Assembly: GCA_001643675.2 (NCBI GenBank) | Contig: LSRY02000019.1 | Coordinates: 620,001-684,000 of the forward strand | Reading direction: 5' to 3' | Source of the DNA: Monocercomonoides exilis PA203 | Lineage: Eukaryota > Protista > Preaxostyla | DNA: 64,000 nucleotides | Shown here: positions 14,990 through 25,866 of the stretch, one piece after another | How the letters are laid out: every line of letters starts with the position of its first letter | Position numbering within the stretch: the first letter of the stretch is position 1 | Notes under the pieces: model-generated | What the model saw: the letters and a program-made list of their open reading frames with translations, nothing else | Databases searched by the model: none | What the model was told of the DNA's origin: nothing | Program-made: the position numbers and the translations under genes

Positions 14990-15380
14990 ACTATGATAAA
15001 GCCTTTATGAAAATTTCACATTGGAAAGCGTGTGAATCACCTGGAGGATAGGGGATAAATGTAACCCTAACCTAGTTTGAATCATTTCATATTTAATGAA
15101 AAAGGTTCTTCTGTGGGCCTTCTTTTTGAGTGTCAATGATACTTAGAAAAGCAGCCGAGTACCCCAGGCCTGATTCCTTTTGCATTTTGCTTTTTAAGTT
15201 AGTGCGAGTTGAGTCTAATCCTGGGTAAGGGGTTGTTCCTGTGGAACGGTCAAACGATCTTCCAGAAAGGCCCTAACGTCCTCATCTGGCAATGGCTAGA
15301 CACAACTGTGCGGGGTTTGTCCTCGGCAGATTTATGTGCAGGAAAGATTCATCGCTTTCCACAAAGTTAGAATATCTGAT
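14990..15380 (+). ncRNA. Candidate telomerase RNA (template TAACCCTAACC) with box C/D-like termini
   Basis: Intergenic GC-enriched island with no ORF; template at 15062-15072; GGGGATAAA (15051-59) pairs with TTTGTCCTC (15316-24); TGGAAAGCG/TGAATC (15022-38) pairs with GATTCA/CGCTTTCCA (15346-61); several internal hairpins; CTGA at 15376-79. Confidence 0.7.
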
Positions 15381-15691
15381 AAAAGATTTGAATTATGTAT
15401 AATTTTTATTTCGTTCTATTTTAAAAAAAATGAAAAGTATCGAGTGAAAAATTATTATTGGTGAAAAATGAGCTTCCAACTCATTAAATTTATTTCCTTA
15501 CGCAAAGAATCATAAAAATATGACTTTCGTAATGATGCAAATTAACGCCTTGAAAAAAAATTTCTGAATGTAATTTACAAAAAGAAAAATAAAGCCCATC
15601 TGATGATTTTAAAAAAACTTAAAAATAATGGAAGTTCAAGATTCCAATAGATGTGAATTATTTGAAGAGAAAGAAGAGAATTGTTGATAAT

Positions 15692-16445
15692 TTAGAAGTG
15701 TTGAGATAGCCACTGAATTCCCTCTCTGAAGCCCCGACCTCTGGTGATAGTGCACATGAAAATTTCCAACGGTCTTGCTCCATGTGCAACTGCTGAACCT
15801 TTTCCGGTTGTCGAAAGAGATAACCCTAATGCGCTTCGAAGTTCTGCTTCCGATGCAGCTCCTGGAAGATCAATCTTATTTCCCAACACCAAAATTGGAA
15901 TAGTCTTTATACGTTCATCGGTTAAAATCTTTTCCAACTCTGCTCGAGCCTCGGGGAATCGATCACGATCATATGAATCAACAAGAAAGATGATAGCATT
16001 TGCAGTTGTAATGTATTCTCCCCAAAGAGGTCGAGCTGAAAATCAAAAAGTTTTTGCGTTTTTGAATAATACTATTATGTTAAATTGTTGAAATAAAAAT
16101 ACGAACCTGCAACATGGCCACCCATATCGTATGCGTGAATATTAAGCTTTTCATAAGTAAACTCTTCTTGAACTGAAATATGCATTGTTCAGTCCATATC
16201 AACACCAAATGCAATCAGGAGAAAATATGAAATAGCAAAATGAAAATCTAAATTCTAATGATTTTGTACAGCAATGGCAAACTTGGCATCTGAGTGGGAT
16301 CTTGAGGAACAATTTTTCCAAATTTCAAACAATGAAGAAGTGTTGTTTTTCCAGCGCCATCCAGTCCTACGAACAAAAGATTACCACTTTTGTTTATTAA
16401 GCCCCATGATTTTAACAGATTTTTGATCCACTTCCAAATAAACAT
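15692..16445 (-). CDS. SAR1: Sar1 small GTPase (COPII), 3 exons
   Basis: MFIWKW N-terminus, GLDGAGKTT P-loop, DMGGHVAARPLW switch II, LGNKID, TTGKG, RPLEIFMC..GF.EG.QWLSQ. Confidence 0.93.
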
Positions 16446-16492
16446 ATTCTAAACAACAAATGTTTTGATCAATTCCTATTATTTGCTAAATT

Positions 16493-18263
16493 ATGTGTTG
16501 TTCAAATGATTATCGAATTTCAGGAGAAACACCAAAGCAAAGAGAACTATTAAGATTTGAAAATTATCATAATGATAATCAAAACACGGAAATGCAGGAG
16601 CTTAAGGATAAATTTTTGTTTTCTTTACGAACACAGCAAAGAACAACACTTATTAATTCCAAGCGTGTTAGGCAACTTGAATTAGTTAAGGATTCTTTTA
16701 ATATGCATGTCTGCTTTTTTGCAAGGTTACCTTTATTATTACAATTTTTGAAATATATTTTTGATGATTTATGTAGAAAAATGAAATTGCAAAAATTTTC
16801 GAACAATTAACGCAAATTAACGCTGATAACATTGAAAATTGTTTAAAACAGCTAAGTTCGATTACTGGAAAATGTTTGTTCAAAAGAAATTATAATTTTC
16901 TTGTTGATGACTTGCTTTCAAAGATAGCGAAGCTGTTCAATTTGTAATTTCCATGAATGGATTGGAAATTCTTTTAAAAATTCTTTCCAGTCATCCTTCT
17001 TCAGATGCAGCTGTTTCAATTTTAGAAGTCTTTCACGATATATGTTTGCGCATTTATATTTTTATGAATTTTTCACAGCTAATAAAGCTATATCGCAGAG
17101 TGAGCATGTCACTGCACTTGCTGTTAGTGGATTGCTTAATTCGTTTAAAATTTTAGCCCATTGCAATGACTCTCGTGTTCAGGCCGAAATGTTTTATATT
17201 CTTGGAAATATTGCACTCGATTCATCGGATTTAACATTGTTTTGCCTGCAGCAGGATGTTGTGCCATCGATAGTATTTCTGCTGGCGGATGAGCATACAC
17301 ACAGTCAGGTAGTAAGTGCTGTTTTATTTGCATTAAGCAGGCTTTGTAAGAATGGATTACTTGTCGACAGAGAAATAGAGAGAAAAGAAAACGAAAAAGA
17401 TATAATTGGAAATACTCAATGTTCAAACTCAATAGCAACAGAAACGTATGATTCGCTAACATCTGAAGAGATTCAATTAGCCCATGAATCGGGTGAAGAC
17501 GTGAGTGTTGATGCATCTAACAGCGAAAGCAAAGATTTGACAACAGAGCAGTATTTGTGGGCGATCGAAGCAGCCAGGGTGAAGAAGGCGTTCACGTCAG
17601 CTGAAATTGACCTGTGCCAGAGCATTCATTCTCTTGCCGCAGTGAAAGATGGCTCTGCGAATCCGATTGCAACAGCCGCTTTCCAACAGGATTCATCCAC
17701 AGATGCATTTTCTCCAATGACATCTGACGAGGCAGGTGCAACAAGCACTGCGGATTCTGCTTCTCAAGAGATTCCTCCATCATACCACAAATTGCTGGAA
17801 GCAGCGATGTCTGGAGAGTCCTCCTCGAATGCACTTTCTATCTCGCACTCAATGCAGCTGTTGTCAACAGTGCCGCTGATATCGTCGTTTCTGTATGGAG
17901 AGGATTTGGACAGGGCAGCTGACTCGTTGTTTGCATTGATGTTTCTCTCAGCCAGTTCGCATTATGCGAAGGAGGTGTGTTTTGCGTGTTTGGTTTATTT
18001 TATTTTATTTTTCACTTTTATTTTTTTTTAAATATTGTTTTCTTTTATATTCTTCTTTCACACGAACCTATTTACAATTTTATCGATAGTTTATTGTTAA
18101 CCAGCAGTTGCTTTCTATCATAGCAGAGCTGATGATCTCGTCAAAGAACAATGGCATCCTTTTGTATGGTGTTAGGATTTTTTCAACCATCTCAACAGGG
18201 CCTGCATCTTATACACAGGTTTGATTGAAATAGTTCGCATTACTTTTTATTTTGTTATTTTTC

Positions 18264-18302
<39 letters not shown>

Positions 18303-19636
18303 AACATAATTATAAACAAAACGTACATGAATGCATGTATTTATTCTGACTCAGGCACTTTTTGATGCGAGTGGGTTGGATGCTTTGGATCTGTGTTTGT
18401 GGAGACAAGATGAAGAAGTGTCATTCATGGCAATGGCAACACTGCACACCCTCTCTTTTGGTCATATTCGTCACGTATGCTGTTTTTCTGAAAAGATGGG
18501 AGGAAATTATTATTTATCTTTTTAAATGTATTTTTGCCACCTTGGATGATAATTAAGCAATGAAATTTTTTATTTTTTTTTTTATTTTTTTTTTTTAATA
18601 AAAAGTGACTTATGTTTTTGATATAAATGCATTGATTTTGAGCAATTCATTTTTTTGGCTTTGTTTTTAATGATTTTAACTTTTTCAATTTCTTTTTAAC
18701 AAACAATCTAATTTTATCTTTCTATTATTTTAATAATAAACCCAATCATTTCAGTTAGTTCTCATCGGAACACACAAAGTCTTCCAATCAATGTGCGACC
18801 TGATCAACTCCTTATCATTCCCCCACATTCAGCTGATGCTGCCTGTGATAGAGAAAATTCTTCGTTCTTCTCTGACTGCCTGTATTGTTGCTTTAAAAGG
18901 GGATATTGTGATTTCCTTGATCCACCTGCTCCGCACGATGTGTCCGTCAGCAGCGGCTTCCTCTTCGATTGAGATGGAAAGAGAAGGAAATACAGTCACA
19001 CTGAAAAAGACTGACAGGCCGAACGTTGCAATGCCGAAGCTTTATCCAGAAGATAAAGATGAAATAGAAATTTCAGTGAATCTTTCTTCGCTTCCTGCTA
19101 ATTTCCTCATTTCTCTGCTGAATATATTGGTGATGCTGACGAATTACTGCCAGCAGGAAAGCGATCGGCTGGAAAAGAACAGGAGGTTGATGATGCATAA
19201 AACACGAGGCAGAGCTATTCCGTCGATTAATCCGAAGAAGAAAGTGCAAATTTCGTTGGGGCAAAAAAGAGTGGTTATAGAAAGCCCATTTGAGTCGTGT
19301 GATGGGAAAATGGAAATGGATGCTAGTGAAGAAGAAGAAGAAGAAGATGATGATGATGATGATGACTATGGAGATGAAAGCTCAAATTTTGAAGAAAGTG
19401 AGGGAGAATTAGGTGAAAAGAAAAAATTTGAAAATAGAGTTGTTTGGCAAATGAGGGAAAGGGGATTCGACAATGAGCTGATGGAGCTTGCACGCCATAA
19501 AAATCAAAATGTGAAGGAACGTGCAATGTTGTTATTAGCTAGCATTCATAAGTTGGATTGCGAAAATTTAGATTCTGTGATATGCGAATATGAAGAAACT
19601 ATAAATGAAACAAATTGTTTAATAAAAGATGGCTGA
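16493..19636 (+). CDS. Importin-alpha-like armadillo repeat protein (divergent), multi-exon
   Basis: IBB-like 'FSLRTQQRTTLINSKR', ARM-like 'AEMFYILGNIALDS', 'SAVLFALSRLCK', 'DLDRAADSLFALMFLS', C-terminal 'LMELARHKNQNVKERAMLLL'; ORF pieces separated by AT-rich GT-AG introns. Confidence 0.6.
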
Positions 19637-20015
19637 ATCAACCAACTTTATGTTGTATAATGTTCTTAATATATGTTTTTATTGCATTAATTATCACAGA
19701 TACTTGACAAATTCTAGTGATAAAATATTCTTTTTCAAATTTGTTGTTGAAACCATTATTTTTGCGATTTTATCCAGTTTGTGATTTTTCATTCTATCAC
19801 TTTATTAACAATATATGACCAAACATATTCCATCACATTGCTATATGATAATGCTTTAAATTTCTATTTTACCAATAACAACATAAATCTTTTCGCTAAC
19901 AATTTTTTTCTTCCGAATTTTTTTATTTAAAAATGAATCAACTTAACGAATGTCAATAATGCAAAAATATGTTGCATTTGGATCTGACACTTCATTATAT
20001 TAATTTAGCAAAGCC

Positions 20016-23000
20016 ATGAGCCTTCAGTTTTCCTTTATAGCTGAGGGAAGCACGCGTGTTTCACATTCGTCCCTTTTTCTTCAGCAGGCAGTATATTACA
20101 TGTTTGGAGAAAGCGGAAAGCAAGAAAATAGAGAGTACATTAACTCTGCAATTAGATATGACACTGCAAGTGGAACGATGCAACATGTTCCTTTGTTTGT
20201 AAGCGGAAAGCCTGCCAAACCTCGTGCAAGTCACACCACTACGCCTATTTCATATGATAGATTTTTATGCTTTGGTGGAAACTATCATTTAGAACTTCTA
20301 AACGAATGCTTAGTTGGACAAATACCTGATGGTCCAACTTCACATCTCAATTTAGATACACTTCTTGTAAATTCAAAAACTCCTTGTCACAGAAGAGGAC
20401 ATGCAGCCGTTGCACTTGGAGATACTCACCAAGTATTTGTGATGGGCGGAAATTCACAAGAATCTTGCTTAAATGATGTTCACATTTTTGATGCTGGTTT
20501 GTTAATAAATTTTTAATAGTTTTTAAAAATCTTTCATATCTTTATTTTTTTCTGATAGGAGCATCAACGTGGCGTTGCGTTTCACCTCACAGTAACCCTT
20601 ATCTCAGCGATTCACTTCCCGATACGACCCGTCCGGGCCCACGTACAAATCATGCTCTGATCCCCTTGTGGCCCGGGAGCAGCGCAGGGGCAGCTCTCAG
20701 CACAACACTCGGGGCAACAACAACCACGTCTGGAATGGGACTGGGAATGCCGTCGTGTGTTCTGCTTTATGGCGGTCAATGGACCCGAATGAGGAGCACC
20801 AGAGCTGTCCAAGGGCCGCTGGTGTATGAGGACGCGTGGCTGTTTGACACAAAAGCAGAGAAATGGCACAAACTCAAACTGAATGGGCACACTCTATGCA
20901 ACGTATGTGGAAAGAGGATGGGCCATGCACTGGCTCCGATATGGTCCCAGCCTGCTTCGGCTCTGCTGTTTGGAGGAGGACCTGATGTTTCAAAGATGCA
21001 GATGTGCAACGATGCATACATACTGGATCTGAGGATGATGGGAATGCTCCCAACTTCTTCTGCAACATCATCAGCTACTCCATCTTCTGTTGCCATCTCG
21101 TCCTTCACCGATCGTGGTGGTGGCAGTGTTGTTGAAGACTACAGCATGTGTGAGTGTGCGCCGTATCTGCTGCAGCCAGGCTCTGTCCCTCGCAGATCGA
21201 TTGCACCGCGTATGTTCCACACAATGGATGCGATCGACGACGGGTCGTTTTTGGTGTTTGGTGGCTACGCTGGGCACCGCACGTGCGGCGGGCTGTGGGC
21301 AGCGACTCTGAGCAATTGTGAATGGGCGCAGAGAGAGAAGGCAAGGAAGAAGGCCAAACATAAGCGCAGAGAAGAAAAAGACAGAGAAAGAGGAATGGAA
21401 AAAGGAGGGGACAGCAAAGACAAGGGAATAATGAGACACTCATTGCCTGAAGCTGCAGATCCATCACAAATGTACCATCATCTTCCGTTTATTTCTTCTC
21501 CATTCCGCCCAGCTGACCCGAACCGTGTTCCAATCAAAGAAGTTGTGCTGATGAAAGAAGGGGTCGATGGGTCAGCCGGAGAAGTTGTGGTTGTACCGCC
21601 TCTGAAGAAGCATTTCCCTTCTGCTTTCGAAAGAGACGCGCCGACAACAGGAACGATGCCCAGGTCGTATCTGGTTGGAGCCAGCAACAGCGACATTGGC
21701 GGTGAAGGGATGGGCGGTGGCGATGGATGGGGTGGTGAAGGACGATCGATTTCTCCGTCATCATCTCCAGGGATGGCCATGGACAGCGCAGCAGGATTCG
21801 GAGGGGTTGCCATTGATCCGTCGGTTGACAGCCACTTTGTGGACGGGATGGGAGAGGTGAACTATCCGCTGCTGAACACGTTCATTGACTATGCCATCAA
21901 GCAGAACATCCGCTTTCTCCCGACTGCACAGCAGGTGTGGGCCATCTGCGATGCAGTGCTTCCTCTCCTGCGGAACGAGGCGTCGCTGCTGCAGGTGAAG
22001 CCTCCGTGCAAAGTGTTTGGAGACATCCACGGCGACTACGAGGCGCTTCTGAAGTTCTTTGAGAACTTTGGCGACCCGCGCGAGCGGACAGACCTGTCGT
22101 ATCTGTTCCTGGGCGATTACGTAGACAGAGGAGAATACTCTGTTCTGGTGGTTGTGCTGCTCTTCGCCCTGAAGCTGCGCTATCCAACGCGCATCTTCCT
22201 CCTCCGCGGAAACCACGAGGCCCGGGCAATGTGCGGAGATGGCCACGGGTACTCTACTCTGCTGAGCGAATGCCTGAATCTTTACCACGATCCTTCACAT
22301 TCCCCAGAAAACCCTAGTTCTTTGTCGCCTTCTCAGAGTCACTCTTCCGCGGAGAGAGCGCCAATCACCACAAAGTCAGCGATGGAAGCAGAGAAAGCCA
22401 AGCATAACACGCTCTCCGCACTCGATGTGTGGAACATCATGGTCGATACGTTTGACTATTTGCCGTATGCTGCTGTGATCGGCCGGACCATCTTTGCAGT
22501 GCACGGCGGTCTGTCACATGCACTGCCTACACTCAACCAGATCTACCTCATTCCGCGTGGCCGTGCTGAGGAGCCTGGCGGGAGTGGGACAAGTGGAGCA
22601 GAGGGAGTGGAGTCTGTGCGTGGAGGTGGGGCACTGGGTGTGTCAGGCAGCGGGGCGAGAGGAGGCGCTGATGGGAGCGGCTCGTTCAACTACCGCTTCG
22701 GCCCAGATGCGCCGCCTGTGCTGACACCTGCGCAGGAGCTGCTGTGGAACGATGCGTCGCGCACGGAGGATCAGATTGAGCCGTGGGTGGCCAACCAGAT
22801 CAGGCGGTGTGGCTTCTACTTCAACGGGACAGTGGTCGACAACTTCTGCAAGCAGAACGGGCTGAAGCTGATCGTCCGAGGGCACGAGGTGTGTCCTGAT
22901 GGCTTCGACTACTTTGCCAAGCGGAAGCTGATCACACTGTTTTCGGCGCCGCAGTACTGTGGGATGGACAACCACGGTGCGATTCTGGATGTGAAGCGGG

Positions 23001-23326
23001 ATTTGTCGGTGACGCTGGAGATGCTGGACGGCCGATCAGTCAGAGGGTCTGTGACAGGACCTCCGGACACTCCACCGCCAACATCACACACACCATCGTA
23101 TGGCTCCCCATCGACTTCTGCTTCACCTTCTGCCTCTTCTGCTTCGTCTTCTTCGGTTTCTCCTTCACCATACTCGTCTGTTGGCTCTGGCCGCCGTTCG
23201 CATTCTGCCCCGCCGCTTTCGCCTGAAATGGAAGAGCGGATGCGCAGAGAACGCGCCCCGACGCCTCCACGCCGCACTTCTCTTTCTCCTCCTCCACAGT
23301 CATCCACCGCGAAGTCTTCGCGCTGA
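20016..23326 (+). CDS. Kelch-repeat Ser/Thr protein phosphatase (PPKL/BSU1-like architecture); one intron ~20498-20558
   Basis: Kelch repeats (PRASHT..FGG, RRGHAA..MGG, RMGHAL..FGG, PRMFHT..FGG) followed by PPP motifs GDIHG, GDYVDRG, LRGNHE, HGG, RGHE, LITLFSAPQYCG. Confidence 0.88.
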
Positions 23327-23688
23327 AGGCTTTTGTTACTTTTTTTAGAATAGCTCTTTGATTTCTGTTGTTTTTGAATGAACTTAGACTGGTTTCCTTT
23401 CCTTTTTTATCGATTATGATTATGATTATTATTATTATTATTTTCTGTTTCTGTTTCTTTTTAAAATTTCACGTTTTCCTCTCATATCATTTTCACTTCC
23501 TCTTCTGAAAAAAAAATCGCCTATGAATAAAACATCAAATCATAAAGATTTCAATTTTATTGATTCAGTCTTATTTTGTGAATTATCTCAGAAATTTTTG
23601 ATGAAAGAGCACACTTTCCCTCTTTTGCAGGAAAAGACAAATAAAAACATGGTAATGAAAAACAATTTTACTTGATATAATGCATGCT

Positions 23689-24791
23689 TCATTCTTTTGG
23701 ACAAATAAGATCAAAAGAAGATTTTGATGGGATAGTTTTCTTTATGTGTTCGTTTTCTATCATCAACGTTAATGAGGTAACAACACTCAATAATTGTTTG
23801 CTAGTAACTCCACACACTTCATGCCAATGAGATGACGTTGATGAAATTTCAATGGGAGAAGAAGAAGAGCCTGAAAGTTGTTCAAGTGACGATGATGGTT
23901 GTTGGTAGTCATCAGATTGTGTTAAAGTGTCTTCTTCATTGAGAAGCTGAGCAGCAAGAAATATGCACCCGCATGCGATAACTTCGGGCTTGTATATAAC
24001 ACAAAGAGGAAGATGATAACTATCATTTAAAATCGAAAGACTAAGAGCACATAGTTTTACGCTTGAGTGCAGAGAATGAAGAAGATTGAAAAGGATGGAA
24101 TGAGGATGACAAATCGAAAATTCAAAATTCAGAGAACGCAAAAGAACTTGCTCGTAGCATAAGATGGATGCTCTGTAATTGAAATAGCGCTATTTTAAAA
24201 TAAAATGAAATTTTTTTTCAAAGTCAATAAAAAAAGTTAATATTCAAACTTCATCGAAAATAAGAGGTTCTTCTTCTGGATATAATATTTTTCTTGAAAC
24301 ATTAATTATGTCTTTCATTGTTCGTGGAGTTTCTTCACATTTAGAAGAAAGAAAAACAGCAGCTTGAGCAATATCCTTTAAAATAAATAGAAATTTTAAA
24401 TTGCACCAAAAAATAGTCGACAATATTTTAAAAAAGCATTCACCAAACTAAAAACGGAAATTTTTCATCTGTGTGACTGAGGAAAAAATGATAAAAAAAT
24501 GAAAAGGCAGTCGCACGAACTGTTTGACCTCTAAACTCAAATATTCAATAGAAGGCAGATAATACTTGCGAATTAATTGAGTAACAAATAAAAGCATACA
24601 ATTCCAAGCGTATAATCATTTGTTCAATAAAATCAATTGCTTGCTCACATCGTTTGTTTCTAAAAAATATTTCCATAATACTTGGGGAAAAAATTATGTG
24701 ACTCAGAATATTTTTTTAAATCAATAAAAAATTTCAATAATTGCAGTTAAACATTTTAAGATTTTGTGAAATTCTTTTACTTTGAATTCAT
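23689..24791 (-). CDS. CCNQ: Cyclin, most like cyclin Q/M (FAM58), multi-exon; start approximate
   Basis: Spliced exons give AAVFLSSKCEETPRTMKDIINVSRKILYPEEEPLIFDE.RYFNYRASILCYEQVLLRSLNFEFSICHPH, close to FAM58 '[52 protein letters not shown]'. Confidence 0.7.
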
Positions 24792-24848
24792 GAAGTGAAA
24801 CTGAAAAAATTATACAATAAATCTGTGAAATGTTTGTGAAGAAGATTT

Positions 24849-25558
24849 TTACGACATCTGCCCTTCCATAATCTTTTCCTCTGTTCCTTTAACTGGTTTC
24901 TTTTCAACAGCTCTTTCTGTTGTTGCGCGCTTCTCAGAAGGCTCTTTCAAAATCTTCATCTTTGACTGTTGTTTTAATTCAGCCAATCTAAGTCTTTGCT
25001 TTTCTCTTTCATGTTTCTGCAAAAGCACAAATCACAAAAAATAGCAAAAGTTTTAATTAAATTAAAAAAATTTTTTAACTTGATATTTTCAAAAGCAAAA
25101 GAAAACAAACTCTTTCAATAGATTCATTCAATTTAACTTTAGCAGCATGTATACGCTGTTTATAATACATTCTTTCTCTTCTCAGACGTATTTGTTGTAT
25201 TCGTTTCATTGCTTTAATTGTTGCCATGTACAGATTTCTGTCATAACGAACTGGACGATTTTGTTTTCTTTCGAAGTCAAACGTCTTATCGACTGTAAGT
25301 TCTTTTCCATGAGTTCTTCTAAATGATCCAGTCCATCTAACTTTTCTCGGATTCTTTTTCATTTTGAATGCTTTATGGCATTTTGATCGGCAAAATCGAA
25401 AAATCTAACATTAGAAAAATGCAACACGTAAAAAAAGCAAATCATAAAATAAAATAAAAAGCTAATTGAAAGCACACTTTTCCATCATTTCTAACATAAA
25501 CCATCCCATGTCCTGGGTAAATATTCCCAGAACAAAAGTGGCAAGTTTCGATCCTCAT
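24849..25558 (-). CDS. RSL24D1: Ribosome biogenesis protein RLP24/RSL24D1 (L24e-like), 3 exons
   Basis: [27 protein letters not shown]|[49 protein letters not shown]. Confidence 0.93.
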
Positions 25559-25866
25559 TTAAAAAATTATTCTTAAGGGACTCTCCATAATTTGTAATTA
25601 TAGAACAAGTTCTCAAAAAATCTCTTTTGAGCAATATTGCCAAAGCAAAATAATAATGTAGTTGTCATTCAAAATAAAATCAAAAACACAAACTATGCAA
25701 AATGAAATGACTCTCAAGAAATTAATACGAGTTATTATTTTACTGAAATTACGATCAGATCAAAAAATTTCATCACTTTCTTTACATCCCCAAAAAAATA
25801 ATCTTGTGTTGTAATTTACACCTATAAATTGAAGCATAATTTAAAAGAGGCAACAGTCAAAATTTC

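Noticed and set aside
15271-15277. Second telomere-like motif CCCTAAC
   Set aside because: Only 7 nt and overlaps the GGGCCTT/AAGGCCC helix; a poor template compared with 15062-72
14990-15380. RNase P/MRP, U3 or SRP identity for the structured island
   Set aside because: GGAAAG here pairs in the closing helix and no P4 3' strand (ACAnnAnnnGGCUUA) is seen; no U3 box A/B or SRP helix-8 motif recognised. Not formally excluded without an Rfam search
18268-18296. (TC)n tract (also ~41863-41896)
   Set aside because: Ordinary short microsatellites
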